Shown: positions 37,290 through 46,011 of the stretch, in pieces
Layout of the letters: every line of letters starts with the position of its first letter
Numbering within the stretch: position 1 is the stretch's first letter
Origin: Thermodesulfobacteriota bacterium
GTDB lineage: Bacteria; Desulfobacterota; Binatia; Bin18
DNA: 64,000 nt
Direction: 5' to 3'
NCBI GenBank assembly: GCA_964291405.2
Contig: OZ219926.1
Location: 2,144,001 to 2,208,000 of the forward strand
Translations under genes and position numbers: made by a program
The notes under the pieces: generated by a model
The model's database searches: none
What the model saw: only the letters and a program-made list of their open reading frames with translations
Told to the model about the DNA's origin: nothing

Positions 37290-38507
37290 TTAAATCACTT
37301 CATCTTCTCTCAACTTGGCCACATCTTCCCACGAATAGTCGAGCAGCTCGGTAAGGATGCGCTCGGTGTGTTCGCCGAACTCCGGAGCCGCGCCTTTGGG
37401 GTCGCCCGGGGTTTTGCTTAAGCGCACGGGAACGCCGACCAACTGCGTCTTGCCGATACTGGGATGCTCATAATCGACAATATATTCATTGGCGAGCATC
37501 TGTTCGTCGGTGGGCAAGTCAGCAATAGTGTTGACGACCGTGTAAATGAAGTCTCCGCCTTCCTTGAGGGCCTTCATCCAGGCGTCTCGGGGCCGAGAGG
37601 CAAACGCAGTATCCAGCATGGGAATCAAATCTTTGGCGTTGTCGGCTCGGTCTCCCATGGTCGCAAAGCGGGGGTCGTCCAGGACGTGCTCAATGCCCAG
37701 CACTTTGCAGAAATCAGACCAGTAGCGATCCTGTTGCGGCATGGCCAGACAGATCCACTTGTCATCGCCGCATTTGTAATGGTTCCACAGCGGGCTCGGC
37801 GCTGCGGCGCGTGGCATGCGCTTAAACTCCTTGCCGAGAATGGCTTTACACGCCACATTGAGCCCTTGAAGCGCGGTCATACTGCCCAGATGAGAGATAT
37901 CGACCTCCTGACCCATGCCATATTTTTCACGCGCCAGGAGCGCAGCCATGACTCCGTAGGCCAACATGATGGCGCCCATCTGATCGGCGATGCCACCGGC
38001 AATACTGAGGGGTTCCATCTGAGGCTCACCCACCGCAGTCATGATGCCCGAGCGCGCCAGTCCCATATAGTCAAAGGAGGGCTCACCGGAATCCGGTCCG
38101 AACGGGCCGTAGCCGGTTGCACTGGCGTAGATGATTTGGGGGTTACGCTGAGAGAGCGCCTCGTAGCCGATGCCCAACTTGTCGGATACGCCTTTTCGGA
38201 AGTTCTGAACAAAGACGTCAGATTTCTCCGCCAATTGATAGACAATCTCTATAGCTTTGGGGTTTTTGAGATCAAGAGTGAGGCTCTGCTTATGCCGGTT
38301 ATTGGCCTCAAAGTAGAAATTCGGGCCACTCGTCGCCCCAACCAACGCCCCAGCAATACTCAACACGCCTCGGCCCGGGTCCCCTCCGACGCGCTCTTCG
38401 ATCTTGATGACTTCGGCGCCCAGGTCAGCCAACATCATGGTTGAGACCGGCCCTTGTTGCCAAATCGTCCAGTCAATAATGCGGACGCCATCTAATGGTC
38501 GTTTCAT
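37290..38507 (-). CDS. CaiB/BaiF family III CoA-transferase
   Basis: PLDGVRIID, LADLGAEVIKIE, NRHKQSLTLDLK, DVFVQNFR and APEFGEHT motifs; start ATG 38507 with SD GGAGG. Confidence 0.92.
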   Translation of the reverse strand: MKRPLDGVRIIDWTIWQQGPVSTMMLADLGAEVIKIEERVGGDPGRGVLSIAGALVGATSGPNFYFEANNRHKQSLTLDLKNPKAIEIVYQLAEKSDVFVQNFRKGVSDKLGIGYEALSQRNPQIIYASATGYGPFGPDSGEPSFDYMGLARSGIMTAVGEPQMEPLSIAGGIADQMGAIMLAYGVMAALLAREKYGMGQEVDISHLGSMTALQGLNVACKAILGKEFKRMPRAAAPSPLWNHYKCGDDKWICLAMPQQDRYWSDFCKVLGIEHVLDDPRFATMGDRADNAKDLIPMLDTAFASRPRDAWMKALKEGGDFIYTVVNTIADLPTDEQMLANEYIVDYEHPSIGKTQLVGVPVRLSKTPGDPKGAAPEFGEHTERILTELLDYSWEDVAKLREDEVI

Positions 38508-38704
38508 AGCTTCCCCTCCTGATGGAATAGCCTTAGTGACATAGCTGAGGTAAGCGGACTGTAGCATAGGCCGGGTGGAGAACAAAAGGAAGCGAATGAG
38601 AAAGTCCAGCCCAATCTGGACGGGGACGCTGGATTGCACTCTTGCCTGCGTATTCAGAAGACGGTATAGAGAGGCGGCCGACGAAACGGGAGCTATCATA
38701 AACC

Positions 38705-39382
38705 ATGCGGATTGATTTCCACGTTCATACGACACGCGGCAGCTCTGACAGCAATCTTGACCCCTTGCTGATGATCGACCAAGCGCACACCATCGGCCTA
38801 GAGGGGATTTGCATCACCGAACACGACAATGCCTGGACGGACCCGGAAATCGAGGAGTACGCCCGTGAACGTGGGGTGACCTTATTTCTGGGGATTGAGG
38901 TCACGACCGAGTGGGGCCACATCGGCGCCTTTGGCCTCGACCGCTATGTCGGCGGTATCTATAAAGTCAAAGAGTTACGACGCATTATCGATGAGGTTGA
39001 CGGCTTTCTGATTGCCAACCACCCGTTTCGCTATAAGCTCGACCCCCGCTTCCAGTTTATCCATAAAACCGCCCCGATCGACCAGGCCGATCCTACGTCC
39101 GGGAGTAAAGCCCTCGAAGTGCTGAAATATGTAGATGCCATTGAGGTGGTGAACGGGGCCTGCTCGGAGGAAGAAAATCGGTACGCCCAGGCGGTGGCCG
39201 AGCATGTCGGGTGCAAGCGCATTGGAGGCAGTGACAGCCACTCCGCCTCTTCCATTGGCTGCGCGGTCACCATTTTCGAGCGTCCCCTCTCGACCACACG
39301 GGAACTCATTGATGAGCTCAAAGCAGGCCGCTATTCCACCGGTCAGGGGCTGAACACCGGCGAGTTGCGCGTGTTCCCCTAG
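38705..39382 (+). CDS. PHP-domain phosphoesterase
   Basis: DFHVHT, ITEHD, GIEVTT..GH, NHP and GGSDSH motifs. Confidence 0.9.
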   Translation: MRIDFHVHTTRGSSDSNLDPLLMIDQAHTIGLEGICITEHDNAWTDPEIEEYARERGVTLFLGIEVTTEWGHIGAFGLDRYVGGIYKVKELRRIIDEVDGFLIANHPFRYKLDPRFQFIHKTAPIDQADPTSGSKALEVLKYVDAIEVVNGACSEEENRYAQAVAEHVGCKRIGGSDSHSASSIGCAVTIFERPLSTTRELIDELKAGRYSTGQGLNTGELRVFP

Positions 39383-39426
39383 CCAGCATCATTTCCTGTA
39401 GACCGCGTGTACGAGACACTAAGGCC

Positions 39427-40212
39427 ATGACACGCCCGAAAGCCTTAACCATTGCCGGGTCGGATAGTGGAGGTGGGGCCGGTATTCAGGCCGATCTCAA
39501 GACTTTTATGGCGCGCGGTGTATATGGCCTGAGCGTGCTGACCGCGGTGACCGCCCAAAACACGCTGGGTGTCCAGGCCGTTGTTGAGCTCCCGCCTGAT
39601 TTTGTCGCCCAGGAATTCGATAGCGTGTTCGGTGATATGCAAATCCAGGCCGCAAAGACGGGCATGCTGTCATCCATTCCACTCGTTGAGGTGGTGAGTC
39701 GCAAGATAGAAGAATATGGTGTCGGGAAGCTGGTCGTTGACCCGGTGATGGTTGCCAAAGGAGGCCACGCCCTTCTCCAAGCAGATGCCCGCCAGGCGCT
39801 GACCGAGAGACTGCTCCCACTGGCGTTTGTGGTGACACCAAATCTACACGAGGCCGGGCTGCTGTCCGGCATGGAAGTGGCACGGCGGTCTGATATGGAA
39901 GAGGCGGCCCGCCGTATTAAAGCCTTAGGACCGACCTATGTGGTGGTAAAGGGTGGGCATCTCGAAGAAGACGCCTGTGATCTGCTGTTCGACGGCAACA
40001 CTTTTCGGGCCTACTCCTGTCAGAAAATAGACACAGTGTGCACGCATGGAGCGGGATGCACCTTCTCGGCCGCGATCACGGCCGAGCTTGCCAAAGGCGA
40101 AACGGTCGAGGCAGCGGTCGCGCATGCGAAAGACTTTGTGACTCGCGCGATCTCCACCGGGTTCCGAATTGGACACGGGCATGCTCCGCTGAATCACCAA
40201 GTTGATCTGTAA
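39427..40212 (+). CDS. thiD: Hydroxymethylpyrimidine/phosphomethylpyrimidine kinase
   Basis: TIAGSDSGGGAGIQADLKT, VDPVM, TPNLHEA, KGGH and HGAGCTFSAAI motifs. Confidence 0.95.
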   Translation: MTRPKALTIAGSDSGGGAGIQADLKTFMARGVYGLSVLTAVTAQNTLGVQAVVELPPDFVAQEFDSVFGDMQIQAAKTGMLSSIPLVEVVSRKIEEYGVGKLVVDPVMVAKGGHALLQADARQALTERLLPLAFVVTPNLHEAGLLSGMEVARRSDMEEAARRIKALGPTYVVVKGGHLEEDACDLLFDGNTFRAYSCQKIDTVCTHGAGCTFSAAITAELAKGETVEAAVAHAKDFVTRAISTGFRIGHGHAPLNHQVDL

Positions 40213-40326
40213 GACGACCGCACCCATTCGGGTCTTGTGGCCTCCAGCCTGCCAGCCTTGGGACCGCGGGGGAACCCGTGCCTTGTGGCTCTCCAGGGCC
40301 TTCGATAGAATGTGACCCCTTACTTT

Positions 40327-42759
40327 ATGAGTGAATCTTCAAAAACTGCCGTTCAAAAACAGACCGAGGGACGAGTCCGGCCAGAACCGCGATCTGCACA
40401 GCCACCCGGGCTCCACCTGCTCGAAGATATTGATGCCCTCTCCTCTCACGCTCACGACTTACGAGGCACACTACAGGAGATTACCCAGATTATTGCCCAG
40501 CGAATGGGGACCGACGTCTGTTCGCTCTATCTCCTAGATTCCAAGGGGGAGCGGCTGACGCTCTGGGCAACAACTGGTTTGGATCAGACGGCTGTCGGGA
40601 AAGTCAGCCTGGACAAACATGAAGGGCTGACGGGCCTCGTAATTGAAACACAGGAACCCGTTGTCGCCCCTGATGCCATGACGCACGAACGGAATAAATA
40701 CTTTCCAGAAACCGGAGAGGAGCGCTTCCATTCATTTCTGGGCCTTCCGATGAGCGCCAAGGATAAGATCCTTGGCGTGCTCATAGTCCAGAGTCGAAGT
40801 CGTCGCCGTTTTCCGCAGGCAGAGGTCCGGCTGCTCAAAACGATTGCCACCCAGGTTACGGGCATCATCGTGCAAGCCCGTACACAGGACTCGCTCAAAA
40901 CAAAGGAGCGAGAGCGTCAGGATTATCGGGCCCGCATGTTGGCGGCCATTCAACGCCCAAGCGCCTATGAGCGCAGGCGGGCACAGCAAACACAGAGGCC
41001 GGGGCGGGCGAGCCGTTTACGCCTGACCGGAGTCAGTGCTTCGCCGGGAATCGGCTCCGGTCAAGCCCACCTTGTCCACCCGGTTGTTCGTCTTGACGCG
41101 ATTGAAGAGCATCGCACGGACAATCCGGATGCCGAACGCCAGCACTTGCACGCCGCTCTGGCGCGATCGATTCAAGAGATTGATATGCTCAAGGAACGCG
41201 TCCAAGAGCGCCTGCCAGAGATCGACCGGGCGATTTTTGATGTGCATCGTATGATGCTGGAAGATGCGATGTTTATCGAGAAAATTGAAACGCAGATTCA
41301 GGATGGCTATGCCGCAGATACCGCTCTGAAGAAAGTCACGGAAGGCTATGTCGAGACGCTGGAGCGAACAGGCGGTGAGCACCTGCGTGACCGGGCAGCC
41401 GATGTGCGCGATATCGGCCAGCGTGTCCTCCGCCATCTGCTCGGCTTAGAGGAGAAGAGCGGACCACAAGGGGAGAATCTGATTCTCGTGGCGGACGATC
41501 TCTCTCTATCTGACCTCTGCCGAGTGGATCATCGTCAGCTGAAGGGGGTCGTCCTCGCCAACGGTGGCGCAACCTCACATACGTCTATTCTGGCGAAGTC
41601 CTTTGAAATTCCAACCGTTGTTGGGGTCGAGCACGCTGCCGTTATCCAGCAAGGCGATGCGGTGATTGTGGACGGGAATGCCGGGGTGGCCTATGTGAAT
41701 CCCGGCACCGAAATCGTCCGTGAGTATAGCCGCTTTGACCGCGAGTATCGCGCGTTTAACCGGAATCTCGAAGAAATTCACGACCTCCCCGCAGAGACGC
41801 AGGACGGGGTATGTATTGCGCTCGGCGCCAATGTCGGCTTGCTGAGCGACGTTGATTTTGCCCAGCGCCACGGAGCCGAAAACGTTGGGCTCTACCGGAC
41901 CGAAGTCCCGTTCCTGACCTATAGCGATTTCCCGGACGAAGAGACCCAGTTAGCGCTGTATCAAAGGGTGTTAACTGGTATGGAGGGAAAACCGGTAACC
42001 ATCCGCACCTTGGATCTCGGACCCGATAAATATCCGCCCTATATGAAGCTGCCCCAAGAAGATAATCCCTTCTTAGGCTGGCGCTCGATTCGGATCTCTT
42101 TGGAGATGGCTGACCTCTTTAAGGTGCAGTTGCGTGCTATTTTACGCGCCGGAGTGCATGGGCCGGTTCGCATTTTATTTCCCATGATCTCCAGCGTAGA
42201 GGAACTGCTCCAAGTCAAGAACCTGCTGGCGCAGGCAAAGGATGAATTACAACGAGAGAGAAAACCGTTCGACCCGTCGATGCCAGTCGGCATGATGGTT
42301 GAGGTACCCGCGGCAGTCTGGTTAGCAGATCGGCTCGCTCAGGAAGTGGACTTCTTTAGTATTGGGACGAATGACCTCATTCAGTATCTGCTTGCGGTAG
42401 ACCGGAATAACCGCAAGGTCGCCTCTCTCTATGAGCCTCTCCATCCGGCTGTCTTGAATGCCATAGCCACTACCGTCCGCGCCGCGCAACACGCCGGGAA
42501 ACGTGTCAGCATGTGCGGAGAAATGGCCTCCGACCCGCTGTGTACACTTGTGCTACTCGGTATCGGGTTGGATGAGCTCAGTATGGAGCCGTTCTTTGTC
42601 CCGGTTATCAAACGTCTCATTCGTTCGCTCTCCTATACCGACGCCCAATCTCTCACCCAGGAGGTTGTTCAACTTGGAACGGCTCGCGAGGTGAAGGGCC
42701 GCCTGTTTTCCTCGCTCAAAGCTCTCGGCATGATCGAACTGGTCGAGATGTATCGGTAG
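40327..42759 (+). CDS. ptsP: GAF-containing PEP-protein phosphotransferase (EI-Ntr)
   Basis: N-terminal GAF (DVCSLYL, EGLTG, FPETGEERFHSFLG); phospho-His motif GGATSH; GLYRTE, NPFLGWRSIR, SIGTNDL and CGEMA. Confidence 0.95.
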   Translation: MSESSKTAVQKQTEGRVRPEPRSAQPPGLHLLEDIDALSSHAHDLRGTLQEITQIIAQRMGTDVCSLYLLDSKGERLTLWATTGLDQTAVGKVSLDKHEGLTGLVIETQEPVVAPDAMTHERNKYFPETGEERFHSFLGLPMSAKDKILGVLIVQSRSRRRFPQAEVRLLKTIATQVTGIIVQARTQDSLKTKERERQDYRARMLAAIQRPSAYERRRAQQTQRPGRASRLRLTGVSASPGIGSGQAHLVHPVVRLDAIEEHRTDNPDAERQHLHAALARSIQEIDMLKERVQERLPEIDRAIFDVHRMMLEDAMFIEKIETQIQDGYAADTALKKVTEGYVETLERTGGEHLRDRAADVRDIGQRVLRHLLGLEEKSGPQGENLILVADDLSLSDLCRVDHRQLKGVVLANGGATSHTSILAKSFEIPTVVGVEHAAVIQQGDAVIVDGNAGVAYVNPGTEIVREYSRFDREYRAFNRNLEEIHDLPAETQDGVCIALGANVGLLSDVDFAQRHGAENVGLYRTEVPFLTYSDFPDEETQLALYQRVLTGMEGKPVTIRTLDLGPDKYPPYMKLPQEDNPFLGWRSIRISLEMADLFKVQLRAILRAGVHGPVRILFPMISSVEELLQVKNLLAQAKDELQRERKPFDPSMPVGMMVEVPAAVWLADRLAQEVDFFSIGTNDLIQYLLAVDRNNRKVASLYEPLHPAVLNAIATTVRAAQHAGKRVSMCGEMASDPLCTLVLLGIGLDELSMEPFFVPVIKRLIRSLSYTDAQSLTQEVVQLGTAREVKGRLFSSLKALGMIELVEMYR

Positions 42760-42786
42760 ATTACGGCTGTTTCTGCCTGAATTTAT

Positions 42787-42815
42787 TGACATTCCCAAGC
42801 CTGATGGATAAAAAT
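42787..42815 (+). promoter_or_regulatory. Putative sigma70 promoter for HU gene (long leader)
   Basis: TTGACA-N17-TAAAAA about 240 bp upstream of the ATG. Confidence 0.5.
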
Positions 42816-43052
42816 TGAAGAGATGGATTCGGCTCTGAATGCGAGACTTGCCTTTCCTATTTCTGCCTGGGGTCGGACATCTCACGTTGTGATTGTGGAA
42901 GGAGGGTGAGAGGAGGACACGGGTAGAAGAAGTGACCGATTAGTAGAGGAGTAGACAAGTAAATGGTGAGTCGGAGGCGCTTCGTGGCAAGACCTCTCGA
43001 CTTCTGGTGTGGGATGTAGTGTAGAACCCGATCGGGTGAGGAGGTTGGTAGC

Positions 43053-43391
43053 ATGACGAAGACCGAGATGGTGAAAAAACTTGGTGAGACGTGGGGGGAA
43101 GCCTCGAACCGTGCGGCAGCCGACAAGCTGGATTCCTTTGTGGAGTTCATCACAAAGACGGTCAAAAAAGACAAAGAGTTGAAAATTCCCAACCTGGGGA
43201 CCTTTCGGCTCCGTCAGTTGAAGCGCCGCAAGGGACGCAACCCGCAGACCGGGGAGGTGATTACCATTCCGGCTCGGAAAAAGGTTGCCTTCACGCCGGC
43301 AAAAGTGTTTAAGGAATCTATTCTCGGCCCAGCAAAGAAGACGGCAGCGAAGAAGACGGCAGCGAAGAAGGTCGCCCGGAAGAGAAGGTAA
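43053..43391 (+). CDS. hup: HU-family DNA-binding protein with Lys/Ala-rich tail
   Basis: MTKTEMVKKL, LGTF and GRNPQTGEVITIPA motifs; tail KKTAAKKTAAKKVARKRR encoded by a 15-bp tandem repeat; SD GAGGAGG. Confidence 0.92.
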   Translation: MTKTEMVKKLGETWGEASNRAAADKLDSFVEFITKTVKKDKELKIPNLGTFRLRQLKRRKGRNPQTGEVITIPARKKVAFTPAKVFKESILGPAKKTAAKKTAAKKVARKRR

Positions 43392-43446
43392 GCCCGAGAG
43401 TCTTGTATCCGCGGATATTTCCCCTCTTTCCTCTTCCGGGTCCGAC

Positions 43447-43478
43447 AAGGGACGTCTTTGGCGTCCCTTTCTTTTTTT
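43447..43478 (+). terminator. Rho-independent terminator after HU gene
   Basis: AAGGGACGTC-TTT-GGCGTCCCTT followed by TCTTTTTTT. Confidence 0.8.
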
Positions 43479-44120
43479 ATGAGCTACGCAGTCAAAGAAA
43501 TTTTTTATACCCTCCAGGGCGAAGGCGCTCACGCCGGCCGGCCGGCGGTCTTCTGTCGTTTTACCGGATGCAATTTATGGTCTGGGCTGGAGAGGGACCG
43601 AGCTACGGCGGTCTGTCAGTTCTGTGATACCGATTTCGTTGGGACGGATGGCTCCGGGGGGGGACATTTCGCGTCTGCCCGCGACCTGGCTCGGGCCGTC
43701 GCTGCTACCTGGCCGACCCAGCGGGCCCCTCACGGTGTTCGGTTTGTCGTGTGTACAGGCGGCGAACCCTTACTCCAGCTTGATGCCGCGCTTGTTGACG
43801 CCCTGCACACAGAAGGCTTCGAGATTGCGATTGAGACAAATGGAACGCTGCTTCCTCCGCCGGGCATTGATTGGATCTGTGTCAGTCCCAAGGCTGGCTC
43901 GACCCTCACCCTTAGGCATGGCAGTGAACTGAAACTCGTCTTTCCCCAGTCCGGTGCTGAACCAGAGCGCTTTGATCAACTCGATTTTCAGGAGTTTTTC
44001 TTGCAACCAATGGATGGTCCTGAGCGAGAGCGCAATACCCAACTGGCGCTGCAATACTGTCTTGATCACCCGCGGTGGCGGCTCAGTCTGCAAACACATA
44101 AACTGCTCGGGATTCCGTAG
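43479..44120 (+). CDS. queE: 7-carboxy-7-deazaguanine synthase (CX14CX2C radical SAM type)
   Basis: EIFYTLQGEG, CNLWSGLERDRATAVCQFCDT, TGGEPLLQ, ETNGT and LSLQTHK motifs. Confidence 0.95.
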   Translation: MSYAVKEIFYTLQGEGAHAGRPAVFCRFTGCNLWSGLERDRATAVCQFCDTDFVGTDGSGGGHFASARDLARAVAATWPTQRAPHGVRFVVCTGGEPLLQLDAALVDALHTEGFEIAIETNGTLLPPPGIDWICVSPKAGSTLTLRHGSELKLVFPQSGAEPERFDQLDFQEFFLQPMDGPERERNTQLALQYCLDHPRWRLSLQTHKLLGIP

Positions 44121-44155
44121 TCCGACCCGTTCATTAGCATGATCGAGAAGACCCT

Positions 44156-44914
44156 GTGAGAGACGACCTCGGCCAACAAGAAAAGCTCCTTCAGCTTGCC
44201 GCACAGCAAGCCGCCCGACAGGGGAAAAGTGTCGCCCGTTATCTCCGAGAACTGCAAACGAAAGTCTCACGCCAAGAACGCGTTTCCGTTCGAGGCGCGG
44301 AACCCCGGCAGCAGGAGCCTCGCGCGAAATATGTGACGCTGACTCGTCGGGAGGTTGAGCGGTTATTTGCCCAGATCACAGACGAGCGCGACCGTGCGCT
44401 GTTTGCCGCCATGTACGCCTTCGGACTGCGTGCCTCTGAGGTGGGCCTCTTACTGCGCGAGCACGTCGATTTTCGTACCCGTCGCATTCATATTCCACGC
44501 CTCAAGGGCGGCGTCGCCGGAGAGAAACCGTTAACCGCAGAGTATCTGCGTCTGCTCCGAGCGTATCTGCAAAACCGGAGGGACGCCCTGCCCTACCTCT
44601 TTCCGTCGCGGAACGCGCGTCCGGTCAGTCGACAGCGTATTGATCGACTCTTCCGCCTGTACGCAGAGCAGGCCAAGCTTCCGCCGTCGAAACGCCACAG
44701 TCATTGTTTACGCCATTCCATTGCCGCCCATCTGCTTGAGGACGGACATGCCCTAGAGGAAGTGCAGGCGCATTTGGGGCATAAATCTATTCACTCAACA
44801 GTCGTCTATACGAAAACCACTGCACCACGCCGCCGCCCGCTCTCCGTGCGTATCCAACCGTCCGGAAGCACGCGAACGGTCATACAGGTAATAAGAAAGT
44901 CGGGACCACGCTAA
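44156..44914 (+). CDS. Tyrosine recombinase, FimB/FimE-like (catalytic domain only)
   Basis: GLRASE (R), RLKGG (K), HCLRH (HxxR), LGH and STVVYT (Y) all intact; no XerC/D-type N-terminal SAM domain. Confidence 0.88.
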   Translation: MRDDLGQQEKLLQLAAQQAARQGKSVARYLRELQTKVSRQERVSVRGAEPRQQEPRAKYVTLTRREVERLFAQITDERDRALFAAMYAFGLRASEVGLLLREHVDFRTRRIHIPRLKGGVAGEKPLTAEYLRLLRAYLQNRRDALPYLFPSRNARPVSRQRIDRLFRLYAEQAKLPPSKRHSHCLRHSIAAHLLEDGHALEEVQAHLGHKSIHSTVVYTKTTAPRRRPLSVRIQPSGSTRTVIQVIRKSGPR

Positions 44915-44957
44915 GCTGCCCTCATCGTATTCGGGAAGGGATAATGTGCCTGAACGA

Positions 44958-45011
44958 ACGAGTCAAAATTTTTATTGTGACCCCTTGACTCGTGGTCGAT
45001 CGTCCTTACGT
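44958..45011 (+). promoter_or_regulatory. Putative hsp20 promoter with overlapping 9-bp inverted repeat
   Basis: ACGAGTCAA-N18-TTGACTCGT (44958-44993); CTTG-N17-CTTACGT resembles an RpoH-type promoter. Confidence 0.5.
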
Positions 45012-45057
45012 TTGTCTTGTGTCAGACAACAACCCAAACTCACAGGAGGTAGAGACA

Positions 45058-45549
45058 ATGAGACGAGAATTGAGTGTATGGCGAGGACCGTTTGGAACGA
45101 TGCATCCCTGGCGACATGATCTGGAATCTGTTGTCAACGATTTTTTCTCTTCCCGCGGCTGGCCAGGGGTACGCACTGGAATGCCCTCGGAAGCGTCGTT
45201 CAGGATTGACAGCTATGTGGACGACAACCGGCTGCATATCAAAGCGGATTTACCCGGGGTGGAACCCAAGGATGTTGAGATTGCGCTGGACGGCAACCGA
45301 CTGACGGTCAAGGGTGAGCGCAAGGCAGAGCACGAGGACAAGAACGGCGGATGCTTCCATCAAGAGCGTTCATACGGATCGTTTGCCCGGTCGTTTATTT
45401 TGCCGAAGGACATAGATGCGGAGAAAATCGAAGCGAGGGCCAAGAACGGCACGCTCGAAGTCGTGGTACCATTCCCGGAAGAGGTCAAGCCGAGACGTAT
45501 TCCAATCGATGTGAAACCTGAAATCGCGACCGATGCAGCCTCAGACTGA
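45058..45549 (+). CDS. Hsp20/alpha-crystallin small heat-shock protein
   Basis: ADLPGV, LTVKGERK, ERSYGSFARSFILP and ARAKNGTLEV motifs; SD AGGAGG. Confidence 0.95.
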   Translation: MRRELSVWRGPFGTMHPWRHDLESVVNDFFSSRGWPGVRTGMPSEASFRIDSYVDDNRLHIKADLPGVEPKDVEIALDGNRLTVKGERKAEHEDKNGGCFHQERSYGSFARSFILPKDIDAEKIEARAKNGTLEVVVPFPEEVKPRRIPIDVKPEIATDAASD

Positions 45550-45576
45550 TTGCTGCCCTCCTTTCTCTCCATGCGT

Positions 45577-45606
45577 TGGGGGCTTCTCCGGGAGCCCCCA
45601 TTTTTT
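45577..45606 (+). terminator. Rho-independent terminator after hsp20
   Basis: TGGGGGCTTC-TCCG-GGAGCCCCCA-TTTTTT. Confidence 0.85.
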
Positions 45607-45626
45607 CAAACGATTGGACATGGAGC

Positions 45627-45815
45627 CTAGCCGCGTTCCTCTAACCACCGATTAAAGCCTTCTGGCGTATTGCCATACGGCAGGCCGGCCGCATAGTAAT
45701 CCTCAAGCAGGCGCATATCGTTCTCTGAGAGCGTCAGAAAGCCACGCTGCTTTTGCTCCTCCTTCCGCCACGCCCGGTCCAGCATCTCCCGAATTTCACG
45801 GTCACGGTCGCTCAT
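45627..45815 (-). CDS. Small hypothetical protein (62 aa)
   Basis: Non-overlapping ORF with SD GAGGAG and protein-like composition; no family recognised. Confidence 0.6.
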   Translation of the reverse strand: MSDRDREIREMLDRAWRKEEQKQRGFLTLSENDMRLLEDYYAAGLPYGNTPEGFNRWLEERG

Positions 45816-46011
45816 TTTCTCCTCGCTTCGTAAGGACTCTGTGCACTCCCCGCGACTCCCCCTCCTCCACTCTTACCTGATAACACCATCGACACCAGAA
45901 ATCACTTCTCGTACACTACTTCTGTAAAGAGTTTCACGATTTCTGTATGGTTCTTGAGCGGCGCGAACGAGACGCTGCCACGTATACGGACGCTAACGGA
46001 GGGAGAAAGTC

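Noticed and set aside
37464-38444. 326-aa plus-strand ORF
   Set aside because: Antisense shadow of the CoA-transferase
39383-39426. TPP riboswitch upstream of thiD
   Set aside because: Spacer is only 44 bp and lacks the conserved CTGAGA/ACCTG core
42857-43532. Minus-strand ORFs (111 and 216 aa) over the HU gene
   Set aside because: Antisense shadows of a clearly identified HU gene and its terminator
44120-46000. Prophage or integrative element around the tyrosine recombinase
   Set aside because: No tRNA target, att direct repeats, or phage/conjugation genes found by eye
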